From Craspedostauros australis (lineage: Eukaryota): a DNA stretch of 46,154 nucleotides. The stretch spans positions 1-46,154 of the forward strand of contig JALAGF010003248.1 in assembly GCA_030167865.1 (NCBI GenBank), in the 5' to 3' direction. Shown here piece after piece: positions 11,101-22,406 of the stretch. The position numbers and the translations under genes are program-made. Within the stretch, counting starts at the first letter, position 1. Each line of letters starts with the position of its first letter. Below the pieces are notes generated by a model, which worked only from the letters and a program-made list of their open reading frames with translations, made no database searches and was not told the origin of the DNA.

Positions 11101-11863
11101 GTACCTGACAGGCGACATGGAGGGCGGCATCACCGCCCTGCGAGACTCCCTCGATGCGGCCGACGAGGAAACACCGGCCGCCGTGCAGCAGCTGGAGTAC
11201 TGCCAGCAAACCTTCGCATCCTTCACCAAGGGACAGGCCAAGGTGAAGAGAGGACGGTACAAGGAGGCCGTGGATCTGTTCTCCACCGCCATGCTCGATG
11301 GTGTGGAGATCCCCAAGGAGTCCCCGCTCTACGGTCTGCTCCTGACGGAACGTGCCGAGGCTGGCCTTTTGGCACAAATGTACGAAGAGTCGTTGGATGA
11401 CTGTAACGAAGCCATCGAATTGAAGTACGACAACATGACAGCGTGGTCGGTCAAGGTGGAGGTTTACTTCGCCTTGGGCCGCCTCGAGGAGGCACGTCAC
11501 GAGCTGTCCCGCGTCCGCAAGAGCTGGGGTGCGGGCAACGAGATCATCGAGGAGGCGTACAAGAAGACCGACTTCGAGCTTCGGCTGCAGCGCGCGGACG
11601 ATGATCTGCACAAGCTGGCGGAGTCCATAGAATCGGGACTGCCGGAAGGGATGGAGCGCAAGCTCGATCGAAGACCGTCACGCGCGTCGTCGTCGCGCGG
11701 CCTGATGGGACGCAAGGGCAGCTCTCATGGCACCCCCAATGGCGACCGCGAGTCGGGATCCGACAGACGGTCACGGAAGAGCAAGAGTTCAAAACGATCG
11801 AGCAGCACAAGCAGGAGAAAAGATCGCAAAACTCGTCCATCATCCTACCAGAATGGAAACTAA
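8192..11863 (+). CDS. RING-finger + multi-TPR protein (about 1223 aa), DNAJC7/TPR2-like TPR region without a J-domain; putative E3 ligase / co-chaperone
   Basis: C3HC4 RING CKIC…ACNHVFCFAC…CPSC. TRAF-like remnant VQVSC…CSWTG. Four repeats of LKKQANAKFNxGD…LYxNRAVTF…DC…EKSYIRK, then further TPRs. Strong C/G third-position bias begins at ATG 8192. Confidence 0.92.
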   Translation: MALQLDYVKSDAKHYGPFVCKICNMLANYDDAVVTNACNHVFCFACMEQWIQQESQGSSNPCKCPSCTVEIELDEEDAQAQNGNVMMVSNLPIQIQKLSKAQPLAHQVLGQVQVSCANAEHADAGNGPCSWTGDYAQANDHDPVWDAAANGTPAPAPPGATASLLNGMPLNAAPPPAKQGVSYDEARRSTHRGEITGAHHHRLIASANNKTFDPADLRRASERCDKLKKQANAKFNRGDVEGARVLYSEGLALIAPFPIENDEVKKLTASLYSNRAVTFFRERILEPSIEDCNRSLELDPLQEKTYIRKWRALTALGDMEEALNCLEEGAQALPKSRKLAEEFAKAKDAPPPPAASVAPSVMDMSVAVSVASRSVYNSHPSKGNELDRAEKLKKQANAKFNKGDIESARALYTEALNCIPGINQLQGNSLQNVHQMFSPEICDLMSMLYSNRAVTFYRDKQYRESLADCEKAVKLDPKSEKSYIRKSRALAGLELHEEACKCLEAAIRVLPRSKKIPDELEKAQDRLEEDMLRATGGAVANDDHMSVAGFTMQGIDNIRHKDYSEDLELADKLKRNANAKFNRGDISGARLLYTEALACLPNDHDNPEVRACLASLYANRAVTFFREKEFDQSVWDCDKAIQLDPKTEKSYIRKARALVSVSRADEAVECLEEGMRVVENPGRLEEELSKAREQLRFEGNAFDNGLSEQQRNDFMVSSQNLGYESNNYDEQFFVPPSRTDRRGLGAVNEGHSEEYPIAFGSDVDLERADKLKKQANAKLNKGDVAGARILYGEGLSCLPADSAQSGEGRDLAASLYANRAVTFFREKKFVATVSDCDKSLELNPKHEKSYIRKWRALMALGDFDGAFICLHTAAQELPDSQRLNEELENAKEQKELLRSMNQLIDNGDYHEARDTLRPLVKTSDNVTLWLVAARVDACLGMTDSALERINKVLMFNPRNTEAQQVRGYAMYLTGDMEGGITALRDSLDAADEETPAAVQQLEYCQQTFASFTKGQAKVKRGRYKEAVDLFSTAMLDGVEIPKESPLYGLLLTERAEAGLLAQMYEESLDDCNEAIELKYDNMTAWSVKVEVYFALGRLEEARHELSRVRKSWGAGNEIIEEAYKKTDFELRLQRADDDLHKLAESIESGLPEGMERKLDRRPSRASSSRGLMGRKGSSHGTPNGDRESGSDRRSRKSKSSKRSSSTSRRKDRKTRPSSYQNGN

Positions 11864-12961
11864 GTGATCTACTCTGTTGGACATTGCAATGCAACACCAT
11901 GGTCGGCCATGAGTTGCGCGCAACTGCGCCAATTGGAGGCGACGCGGTGGGACGGAGTGGACGCTTGCCATTCTTGTGGCAGGCATGGAGATGCGATGCA
12001 AAGGAAGCGAACGACGGTCGCGAAAGAACGGAGGACCATGTTCGTGATGCGTGCCCCATCTGCCACCCCTCTGCACAATCGTGACAGGAATGCAACCAAA
12101 TGCAAAACAACGAATTGAATGAAGAAACATGTGCTGATGTGCAGTTGTTGCTGGGTGCCGATCCCGGCGCATCGCCAGCCAAACGAAGCACCAAAAAGCG
12201 AAACAATTTTTGACCCCAACGTCAACATCATCGTCAGCGATTTATGTAGAGTACTCTTTGACCATCCAAGCGGATCTTCTTCCTCTTGTCCGTGCTGATG
12301 TTTCTACTGATGCTCTGCTATGGCTGCTTGTTGTCGGAGGTGGCTTGTCTCAGAGAGAGGGGAGAGGGTGGCGGCCATCTCGCTTGGTGTGTTTTGTTTC
12401 GTCTTGCTATTCGTGATTCGATCCAATCGGGTCGTGTGACGACTCAGGTGGTGTCAATGTGATCATGGTCTGACGTCGTTTCGATTGTCCAACATCCAAC
12501 AAGATCCTCCTGACTTGTTGACCTTCTGTGTTGTTGCGCACATCACATCTGCAGATCGGCTGTTGCGATACTGTGGAACCCAACCAACAAGGTTCAGCAG
12601 ATAGTAGAATACTATACACGTACGAATAGGATACAACCGTGGGATAAGCAACACTGCTCCATCATATTATATTATATCATATTATATTATATTTTACAAG
12701 CATCAGCAGTTCGTTCGAGAGTGAGAGGCACTTGACTGCAGTCACCGATACAGCAAATTATACACACTATTGATTGAATGACCAACTGATCGGTCGATTT
12801 CCGAGTAGAACTGCATCGGGAGGCAGGGAGGCTGGACGACCTACATCATCCCAAGCAGCATCACTCCGCACTCCAACGCTTGGTAGAGGAACCAAAGAAG
12901 CAAAAGATCTGCCCATCCTATTCGGAGCAGATCGTACGCAATCGGCTCATCCATATCCATC

Positions 12962-14131
12962 ATGAAAGCCAATCAGCCGCTACTCTCGTGGCGGTGGTTG
13001 CGGTGTTGCTTCTTCGTCTATGCGTCCTGCATTTCGCAGCGGGCACTGCGGACAGCGACAGCTTTCTCGACTCCCTCGCAGGCGACGAGTCCAATCCGCA
13101 CAGCCGCGCATAGCACCACCAACGCGAGCATCGAGCGTATGCTGCTAACATCATCGCCCTGCTTGTATGCTGCACATGTCGCACTCCGCGCGCAATCATC
13201 GGACGAAGACAACGCAGATCAGAAGCCAGGAACGGCACGCTTCACAGGCATTGAGACCAGCCGGCAAGCCGATGGCGCAACGAACCTGCTCGATACCGTC
13301 CTGTCCTTCGTGGCATCGGACATCGTTTCGATCGTCATCGGGCTGGTGGGATTGCTCGTCATCGTCGGCAACCGACTGTCGCATCTGGACGACCTGGCCG
13401 TGCCAGCGACGACGGCGACCATGTCGGCCAGCGCGCGGCTTGCGGCCTCCGAATCCTCCAAGGCGTTGGCGCAGCAGACCAGGACGGATCTGCTCGCGGT
13501 CTTTGCGTGCGGATCGATCCTGCTCAACGGAATCACGAAGCTCGATGTGACGTCGGCGCTTAGCGAGACCGTCGTGTTGGAAGGCATCCGGTTGGAGGCG
13601 CCGCAACTCAACCTGCCGGCCATCCAGTCGCAACGGCTTGGGATTGCCGAGGACAGCGATGTTGTCATCGCAGACATCGAGAAGGAATGGACGTGGGCCA
13701 TGAGAGCCTTACTCTCGGCGACTCCCGCCCGAACCGCCGTGATTCTGCAAGGATGCCCAAAACCGATATCCGCGGACGGACAGACACCGTCATGGCAGGT
13801 CGTTGCCTGTTCCGGCACCGTCCCGAAGGCTTCCAGCGGCCGGTCGTTGACCAACAACGCGCCCATCTTGGATCGCGTTGGTTCGCAGCTCAAATCGGAG
13901 ACCTACCTGCCGACGTTGCAGGCCTTGCCAGGTCGATTCGAGTTCACGTACATGCCGGACAACTCGCAGCTCGCTTTGCTCATACCGGTAGATCTATGCG
14001 TGGGATCATCGCGGTCGAAGGATACTGTCAGCACCGTGCTGGTGTTGGGAAGCGATACGGCCAAGAGCTTCACACCCAAGGACGTTGCATGGGCACGTGT
14101 GATTGCAGAGCGGATGGGGAAGGTATTGTAG
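12962..14131 (+). CDS. CCB4: Cofactor assembly of complex C subunit B, CCB2/CCB4 family (cytochrome b6 heme ci attachment), CCB4-like
   Basis: LLVIVGNRL, QQTRTDLLAVFA, ETYLPTLQALPGRFEFTYMPDNSQ and VLVLGSDTAKSFTPKDVAW match plant CCB4 motifs. The N-terminus is signal/transit-like (ATAF). Confidence 0.85.
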   Translation: MKANQPLLSWRWLRCCFFVYASCISQRALRTATAFSTPSQATSPIRTAAHSTTNASIERMLLTSSPCLYAAHVALRAQSSDEDNADQKPGTARFTGIETSRQADGATNLLDTVLSFVASDIVSIVIGLVGLLVIVGNRLSHLDDLAVPATTATMSASARLAASESSKALAQQTRTDLLAVFACGSILLNGITKLDVTSALSETVVLEGIRLEAPQLNLPAIQSQRLGIAEDSDVVIADIEKEWTWAMRALLSATPARTAVILQGCPKPISADGQTPSWQVVACSGTVPKASSGRSLTNNAPILDRVGSQLKSETYLPTLQALPGRFEFTYMPDNSQLALLIPVDLCVGSSRSKDTVSTVLVLGSDTAKSFTPKDVAWARVIAERMGKVL

Positions 14132-14451
14132 AGTGGAGCAGAGTTGCGTCCATTCTGACTACGTATGGCAACAGTCCTCTCTGTAGAGCGTCTAAGTAAA
14201 ATAGGTTGGTGTGGTAGCGTCGAAGTATCTACTCCAGAGAGTTGTTGTTCACATGATGCGCACATCCCCACAGTTGCAGGATGTGCTGGAGCGGAGTAAG
14301 TAATCTGGTAATACGCGTACTATTGTATAACATAATAATACCGCCAGTATGTACGAACTATGTGCAGTGAGACAGTATCGCGCGTGATCGTCTGCTATGT
14401 TCCATCCAAATCTGCTGGTCTGCCCCATGTTTACGGCGACAAGGGGAGTGA

Positions 14452-16521
14452 TCACCAAACGGCCGGGATGTCCAGCGGCTTGAAGTCGACGTGGCCAATC
14501 GGCGCTGCAGTGTTGCGATCGTCCATCTCCTCATCCGTGTCGTCAATGTCGGAGACCTTTCCAGGCGATGCTGGTCGGGTCAGCGGCGTTTCGCTGGTCG
14601 TCAAGCGAATTCTTTTGGGCGGTGGGACAACGGGTGCCAGCGCGGATCTCGGGATCTTTGCCTTTCTTGCAGATTTGTGCTGTGGTTGTTGTTGGGTGTT
14701 GTCGGGCGCCGCAATGGACTGCCGAGATGGTTTCCTACTTGCCTGCGCCTCCGTTCTTGCCGATTTTTCTGGTTGGTTCGGTGCCGAGTTGGCCGCTTTC
14801 TGGCTGGCCTGACGCGGTGGAATGGCGGGCACCATGAGGGCGCGGTACGTCTGGATGAGGTGCCGCTTGGTGCTGGAGGAGCTGAGTGCGCCGGATCCCA
14901 ACCAAGGCGAGATCTCTGCCTCCGGCCTCATCTGGATGGGGAGGCTGCTGGCCGTATCGCAGAGCTCCGGCTTGTTGCGCAAAAAGTAGAAGACGGAATC
15001 GAGGTTGTTGGCCTGCGAGCCCTTCATGATGCACTCCATCCAGTCGCCGTCGGTGGCATCCTCCTTCTTGGTCTTGGCGCGTCCGAAGCGATTGAGCGTG
15101 AGCCAGTATCTGAGCTCGGGGTAGTCGTAGCCGAGCTTGATTCGCTTGAGGTTTGGATTGGCGCGAACCAGTTCCACGAGCTGTTGGACGAGCGGGCATG
15201 AGAGCGGCGGTGCGCTCCACATGTCGAGGCATTCGAGGCCCTTGTTCTTGTCAAGGAAGCAATGCATGGCCCAAACGTGGAGCTCTGTGAGCTTGCGATG
15301 GTAGATGGTGAGCTCCCTGAGGTGAGTGTTGAACATGAGGGATTTGGAGATGTTGAGGTAACCGAATGGGCCGATGGCGCCTTGCATGATGCAGAGCTCC
15401 TGCAGGGTGGTGTTGGCCGCCAGCATGTCCGCAATGTGGTTGGCGCCGTCATCGCCGATTTGATTTCCCCACATGATGCATCGCGTGATGCATGGCTGGG
15501 AGTTGCCTGCCGGCGTTGGCAGCGATGATGTTGGCAGTGATGATGGGAATGGCAATGACAATGGTGCTATCACCTCCTCCTGCCTTCGGCTCTTGAGGAA
15601 CTGGCAGACCAGCTTAATGCCGACGGGCGAAAGCGAACAGTCGCTGAGATCGATGTCCGAGATGGTGGGCGGGAGGAACGGCAGGTACGCCATGCCTCGA
15701 TCGCCAATCTCCCGATTCCCCACGATGTTGAGCTTCCAGATGGGGACGACGGTTTCGTCTGGATTGAGGTTGGAGTTCATCCATTGCTGCTTCTTCTGCC
15801 TGAGTTTGAGGAGGACGTGTTCCAGCTTCTGGTTCTTCTGACGAGATGGCTCACCGGGACTGTTGTGCTTGGATCTTCTGGCGCTTCTGGAACTCCTGCG
15901 ATTGCGAGTGCGATTACGATTACGAGTGGTCGCGAGGTCGGTGTTCGCGGTTGCAGATGCAGTCGCATTCGTGTTCGAAGTTGAGGATCTGGTGCGAGAA
16001 GATGCAGATCGGGATGATCGGCTGGTAGAGCGATGGCAGGCTAGGTGGCTCGATCTGCTGTCATTGCTATTGCTGAATGTCATCGTGGCGTCTGCACTAT
16101 CAGTATCACCTGCGTGATCAGTGGCGTTGGCACCGTTGGCGACGCTGTGCCGTGCCATTCTGCTGTGCTTTCTCATATCGGCAGTATCGGCAGTATTGGT
16201 ATTGTTGGCATCGTCGGCATCGTTGACATCAATCTTCTGGTCCGAAAGCTCGCACACAATGCGCTTGAAGTCGAATGCCGTGAGATTCATGAAGCCCAGA
16301 TAGAGGATGCCGCCATCCAGGTACTGATCGAACCGATAGTCGAGCGGCGCCGAGGGCTTGGAGTTAGATCGTGGCATGGTTTGTGATGGTAACGAGGATG
16401 TCGAGACTGATGCTGAGACTAATGTCGAGACTGATGCTGAGCCCGATGCGGTTTGTGATTGTGGTTGTCCATGCGCACGCGGTGCAAAGAGAGCCATTCC
16501 AGAGAGGCTTGATTCCGTCAT
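14452..16521 (-). CDS. RNI-like (NLRC3-type) leucine-rich repeat protein, diatom-type
   Basis: LNIVGNREIGDRG, IDLSDCSLSPVG, IMWGNQIGDDGANHIADMLAANTTLQELCI, and the C-terminal cap YWLTLNRFGR…LDSVFYFLRNKPELC. Probable start MTESSL at 16521. Confidence 0.85.
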   Translation of the reverse strand: MTESSLSGMALFAPRAHGQPQSQTASGSASVSTLVSASVSTSSLPSQTMPRSNSKPSAPLDYRFDQYLDGGILYLGFMNLTAFDFKRIVCELSDQKIDVNDADDANNTNTADTADMRKHSRMARHSVANGANATDHAGDTDSADATMTFSNSNDSRSSHLACHRSTSRSSRSASSRTRSSTSNTNATASATANTDLATTRNRNRTRNRRSSRSARRSKHNSPGEPSRQKNQKLEHVLLKLRQKKQQWMNSNLNPDETVVPIWKLNIVGNREIGDRGMAYLPFLPPTISDIDLSDCSLSPVGIKLVCQFLKSRRQEEVIAPLSLPFPSSLPTSSLPTPAGNSQPCITRCIMWGNQIGDDGANHIADMLAANTTLQELCIMQGAIGPFGYLNISKSLMFNTHLRELTIYHRKLTELHVWAMHCFLDKNKGLECLDMWSAPPLSCPLVQQLVELVRANPNLKRIKLGYDYPELRYWLTLNRFGRAKTKKEDATDGDWMECIMKGSQANNLDSVFYFLRNKPELCDTASSLPIQMRPEAEISPWLGSGALSSSSTKRHLIQTYRALMVPAIPPRQASQKAANSAPNQPEKSARTEAQASRKPSRQSIAAPDNTQQQPQHKSARKAKIPRSALAPVVPPPKRIRLTTSETPLTRPASPGKVSDIDDTDEEMDDRNTAAPIGHVDFKPLDIPAVW

Positions 16522-19280
16522 ATTATAGTCGTAGCTGTTGATGCGATTGTTGCTGTTGCAGTTGCTTGTGATCTGACGAACTGTTATCTGTTGGTATTGA
16601 CAAGTTACGAGCAGGAAGGTGCTGACGCGTGGGTATGATGAAGGTGGTGGTAATAACAGTTGTAGTAGTATGGCAAGAGCAGTGGTAGTGGCAGTGGTAA
16701 TGGCAACGGCAGTGGCAATGGCAGTGGGAAGGAGTCGGTGATTCGTTCCCTCGTGCTTTGCGGGGGAATGTTTGGTTGAAGGTGGTGCAAAGGGTCTTGA
16801 GTTCACTTCCTTGGCAGCGCTTTCCTTCAGATTCGGGCGGTTGTGTGGTTCTGTTGTGATTGTGTGAAGTTGATGGGATTGTTTGTTTGGCAATGTACTC
16901 TATCACTTTCGGCTTAGCGGTTGTGTGTGCTGTTGCCGCTGTGGTTGCCGCTGTTGTTGCCGGATTGGTTGACAGATTGGTTGCCAGCACTGTGCCTGAT
17001 GTTGGAAACATGTGAAGAAGGCTCTGCTTGTGGTCGTACTGGCGTGGTACACACTTGAGGCCATAGTACTGGCACCGCTTGTTGTCGGACGCTATCGCAT
17101 CGCGTCTCGCCGCATCTGTCTGACGGGTTCATACCATACGGAGGTGTATGAGGAGTACCATTACCACGAGTATCCATTGTGGTTCCAGTTGCCGCTTTGT
17201 TGGATGTGGTCGTGGCGCCGATTGTGCCTCACGTGGACAATGACAATGTTCTCTGCGTGTTCTCCACTCTTGCGCTTTGCTTCTTGTTTGGGAATCTCGA
17301 GCAGACAAACGAAGAGACACGCACACGAGTACCCCGCGAGCACTTATTGGTACCTCGTTCGCACCAACGCGCGTTCATCATTCGCACTTCGCGCGTCGCC
17401 GTTTCGTTCAACCATTAGTGTACAGGTACCGTGGCGCACAAAGACGCACGCGCATGTGTGACGGCACGCAAAAAACGCTTCGTGCGCGGTAACAAAACAG
17501 TCATTCCTGATCTGGACAAAATGATGGAGCTCCACCAAACTCCACGAAACGCAGCCACAGAAACGACGAACCACGCAAAGACAAAAACGGCCTTGTGTGA
17601 GCACCCCCAGCGCCACCACCACTGAGAGACCGAGGACTCGAAGAGGACCCAACAAGAGAGCCCAGAGCAAAGCAGAGCACCCTATTCTACTCTGCCATAC
17701 TCACACGCTTAGGGAGGCACTTGTGCTCATACCGCATATCTGGAGAGAGAGAGAGAGAGAACAAGTGCGTTCGTTCCGGCAGACCATCATGCTCACATCG
17801 CGGTTTCTGGTGTCACAATACTCTGGTGGAAGTGGAGGACTCTTGCGGGCGGTTTGGCGAGAAGCGACACTCGTGGCGCTGTTTTCGGTCCACCAAAGCA
17901 CCACACAGATCCTTCGTGCGGAATGAACAAATTCACCCATGCCGATCTTCCTTGAGGAACAAAGAGATAAATAGCAATGAACACTTGTCGTTGCAGGCGT
18001 TGGCCAACGACCATCAGTTCCGCGGTACCTGCATACTTGAACGTGGAATGTCACAACGTCAGCCAAGAGGTTTCAATTGTGGTAACATTGGATATTTTCG
18101 ACCCTGCTATCCCCCTTGAGAATGCGCAATACCGACTGAATCGACATGCTATGTCGCTGATGGTCATTGCCACTCCCGGATGCAGGACACGCGCACGGTC
18201 ATCGTGACGTAGTGAGAGTGTCTCTGGGGCACAAGTACCACTATGATCATCGGTACCTCTCTGTGGAATGGTTGTTGGCGTGAGAGAGGTGTGTTAGCGT
18301 TTCCACGTTCCAGTGCGCAGAATAGAGAAGCTAGTGTGTATCATCAGTATAGTACGGGAGTGTGAACAATTGTGGGATGACGGTTGCAGACACGGTACCT
18401 TTCACGTGGCCACCAACGTACGACAGGACTTCGCATCACAAGAAACGGTGCCTGTGGGTATCAGTTCTTCCCTGACACAGGAGTTCGCCATTGAATGGCC
18501 CAACAGAATCTACGATTCCGTTCCCTCTCGACTCTGTGTGGAGGGATGAAAACTTCGCCGCCTCCATCGTGTGTACGCGAAAAACGGCAGCGTCGTATTT
18601 TTACTCGTGGCTCGGAGCCAGTGTCTCATACTCGTAGAAACAGAATGTACCCATCACGCAAACATTGCGAAACCAACCACGGTGGGAACAGAAACCCGGA
18701 ACTTCCACAGATCAGAAAGTGCGCGTCAGCTACGTTGACGATCGCGCAGCAGAAGAGAACCTTTGCGGATGGAATTGCGTTAACTCGCGTGTGCTTGATG
18801 GTTCCAAGAACACACAAAGAGTGAAGTCGGCCCTGTGGTGCTCTTCTCCGCATTTGCTCGTTCCTCACCGTCCAGGCGAATGAAAAGTGTTGCATCGTGG
18901 CCGTCCCTCTTTGGGTGGGGACACGAACAGTGATGCATCGAGGAGAGAAGTACGAGTTATGATGGATGTTCATGAGAGCATCGGTAGAGTGGGGTGAATG
19001 CGAGTAGGCAGAGTATTCTACCAATACTCTGAGCCAAATGCTATCATGGCTTTGCCTCATCGTGAGTTTCCTTCACATCTCCAGCCAGCCTTGGTGCTAC
19101 ATCCACGATCATGCCGAATCCGTACAATGTGGGGTGCAGAGCAGTTCCGATCCCGCTCCCACTGCCGCTACATCCTCCAAGAGTCGCTTGGGCATAACCA
19201 ACAAGATCGTGGAGGACATGATCGCTTTCGTGGTGGAGTTCGAGCTGCGTGCATCCTCGACTCGCACGCAATCGTATTTT

Positions 19281-19349
19281 GATGGACACGGGACACGGTC
19301 AGAGATGAACACGGGACACGGTCAGAGATGAACACGGGTCACGGCGAAC
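19281..19349 (+). repeat. 23-bp tandem repeat (GATGRACACGGGWCACGGTCAGA), about 3 copies
   Basis: Units at 19281-19303, 19304-19326 and a partial one from 19327. ATGAACACGG recurs twice more before about 19404. Confidence 0.85.
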
Positions 19350-20818
19350 ACTTGGGCGCACCCAGACATGAACACGGGGCTTCGCTGGATGGCGATGAAC
19401 ACGGCCAACGCCGACAAAACAGATACTACCATGCAGCACACCTCTACAGACACGGTTTGTCTTGCCTTAACGGTTTGGCGTTATGGAAGGCAGGGAACAA
19501 GACGGTGCCTGTTTGTCTGCGTACTATCTCGCTGAAACTACATTGTGCGCACAGTACATGCAAGCACATGCTTTTAGAGCAAAATAGTACTCTGCTCGAC
19601 TCTACGAGCCATTCTACCCAAGGATATTTGGTGGTGCCTCTCCAAATTACGGGTAGAGTTGTGGCGGAGGCATGGGTCGACTTGTTCGTTTCCCATCATG
19701 CACACGTATGTGCTCTGTTTCGCTCCGCTGTTCTTGCCTTGACGAGAACTGGTTCCTCCTTCTTTGTCCACTTCGTCGCGGCGGACATTTCAGATGCGGC
19801 ACACCGCAAGACCGATCGCGATTCTTCTCCATTCTTCCCCCTGCCGCTATGACCCGCACATTTCTCGGTTGTTGGTCGTGACGTGCTTGTGTCAAAACGG
19901 CATAGTGTGAGTGTTCGCGGCACCAAGTCGCCAACACAAGTGACAAATCGGCCAATCAATCAATCAGTCAATCGACGAAATGGCGTGACGTGGTGCCGCT
20001 TGTGAGAAGCCGCACAAGGCACACGGCTTAACATCTCTCTCTTGCGATGCCTTCGTCTTTGCGGCGCCGCTGCGGAGGTCTTCGCGCACAAGGATCACCA
20101 TGACCCCCGGTACCTGCCTCGACGAACGCAACCACGGAGGGAGGAAGAGTGCGTGTGTGCATGGAAGTGCTGGAGCAGAATGCGAGAGGCGAATGGTTAT
20201 TTGGCTCTCCCCCTTGGTTAGATGTTTGCATGCCTCTCGTCCATGTGATCGTATTGCAACCGGCACCTCTATTTTTACCTGGGTTGCCGTGAATGTGCTC
20301 GTGCAAGAGGATGCCCGCAAAGAGATACGATCCACATAAATAGACTGGCAGATTGACGGATGCATTGATCGATCCTGGACCGATGCAAACATTGACACAA
20401 GAAGGGGAAGAGGACATCATGTCCCGCCCCCATGAAGAAATAAGCATCCATTGCATTGTACTCGAATTCTCCCACCCTGTGGAGAGAGAGAGAGAGAGAT
20501 TGGAATGGTCTGGCGTTCCTTTGCGCTGGGGACACGAATGCTGTCGAGGTAACGTACGCGTACGACCAAATCTGTATTCGTTCTTTGCATCCACACACGT
20601 TTTGGTGCACGGACCGCAACGCACAGCTGAGGACAAGGTATTAGGACTTGTACTCCCACCAGTGTTGTGTCATGTTCGTGCGTGTTGAGTATAATACTTG
20701 TTTGGGTGATCAAAAGAACCTTCGAAAGGATTCGATGCTCCCCTTGGGTGGAGCATTTTGTTGTCGCGTTCCATGTACGCCTCCATCCAACCAACCACTC
20801 GCTCATCCGCCCGCCCAA

Positions 20819-20856
20819 TCACTCTTTCACTCACTCACTCACTCACTCGCTCACTC
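20819..20856. repeat. Imperfect (CACT)n microsatellite
   Basis: tcactcactcactcactcactc run. Confidence 0.85.
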
Positions 20857-22406
20857 TTTCATCCAACTATCCGGACACTCCTTCCAATACCTCCTCTCAT
20901 CACATCGAGTTGCCATGAATGGGCAGAACTCACATCCATGACCTTTAGATTTCGCTCCCAACGAGTATGGTTGCTCGAAAGTGGACGATGCGTGCACTGC
21001 TCTTTGCGAGCACTTCACGGATTACGTGCCGCATTCCTTCGGTCTTGGTATTGCAGTCAAAGGAGCATGGAAGGGAGAGGGACAACAGCAAAGGATTCGT
21101 AAGGAAACAGCTTCTTGGTTTGGCAGTTTTTAACATCCACAATCAAACCGCCTTTGCTCACGCCTCCGCATGTTGTCCATCATGGAGCAAGACAACGCAA
21201 ATCGACTCCGCGCGTCGTTTCTCGTTTCGACATCACGCTCCATCAACACACGCAGAGAGAACTACTCGCCTGACGATGAAAGTACACGCTGGCGGCGCTC
21301 CTCCGAGGTATTGGAAGGCACCGGGTTCATTTTGGTACCTCATAGGTCGAAGATGACAGATCCTCTCATCCCGCCCATGGCATTCCGCCATTGTTAGCGC
21401 GGACAGGAAATAGCACAGAGAATCCCTCCACGTACTCACACTCGGTTGATAAAGCAGACCTAGAGCGGAATCGTGGAGTGCCGAGTGCACGCAGAGCACG
21501 CCCACAAGCTTGAGCAGAGAGGCGCTTGCGCTCCGCTCTCTTCCGCAAACTTTCTCTGGTCTGTGGGCCTTCTGGCTCGTAGCCGTACCATCACACCTAC
21601 CGCCAAACAGGATTGGGACTTAGGACAATCGACTTGTCGGCCGGCCTACCAATACCAATACCAAATGCGCAACTCAAGTATGGCGTCGACACAACGGTCT
21701 CTGCGAGCACGACCACGAGTTCGAAGACAGGACATATAATAATTCAAAACACGAGAGAAACTGTGCTCAGAATCAGAACAGTCTCCCAAGACCGAATTCC
21801 AGCGGTACCTACGATGGTGAAGGTAGAACACAATGAATGCATCGGTTTGGTTCAGACGGATCGCCCAGTTCAGGTGGATAGTCATTGTTCACAATCGACA
21901 ACGGAGAGTCGAACCGCATCGAAGCCAGTGAAGGTACCGCTTCATACTCTGCAACATCTCGCTTGGCACGATCGCATGCACCAATGGTTTGCCTGGAAGT
22001 GCCGGTCGAGCACTGGCTCCACATCCCGTTGTTGGGCTCAGCGCCTGCACAAGCGCCCCCTCAAACGCCCCTTCAACATTGCTATCAAGGCAAATGAAAC
22101 TGGAGAGAGCAACGCATCCTCGGAGTATTGGAATACACAGAAGACTAATACGCCGTGTGGGCGGTCTCCACACTCGCTCTCTGGAGGGAGAGAGAGAGAG
22201 AGTCCTTCACTCGACTCCACTTCACTCCACAGAACTCCAATCCTTCACATGATAGTGCAGGCCATACCATCAGCAGCCTACAAATGCGTGCGTGACTGTA
22301 TCTTGGCACATGAATGAACATGAGTGACGAACATGCTCTTACCTGCTCTGTTCGATGAGTACGAGTTCCGCTGCCCAACTCGTGGTCGGCTCTACTCTAC
22401 TCTACT

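Noticed and set aside
21613..22317. 234-aa plus-strand ORF
   Set aside because: It has a non-ATG start, runs through a GA microsatellite and shows no motifs.
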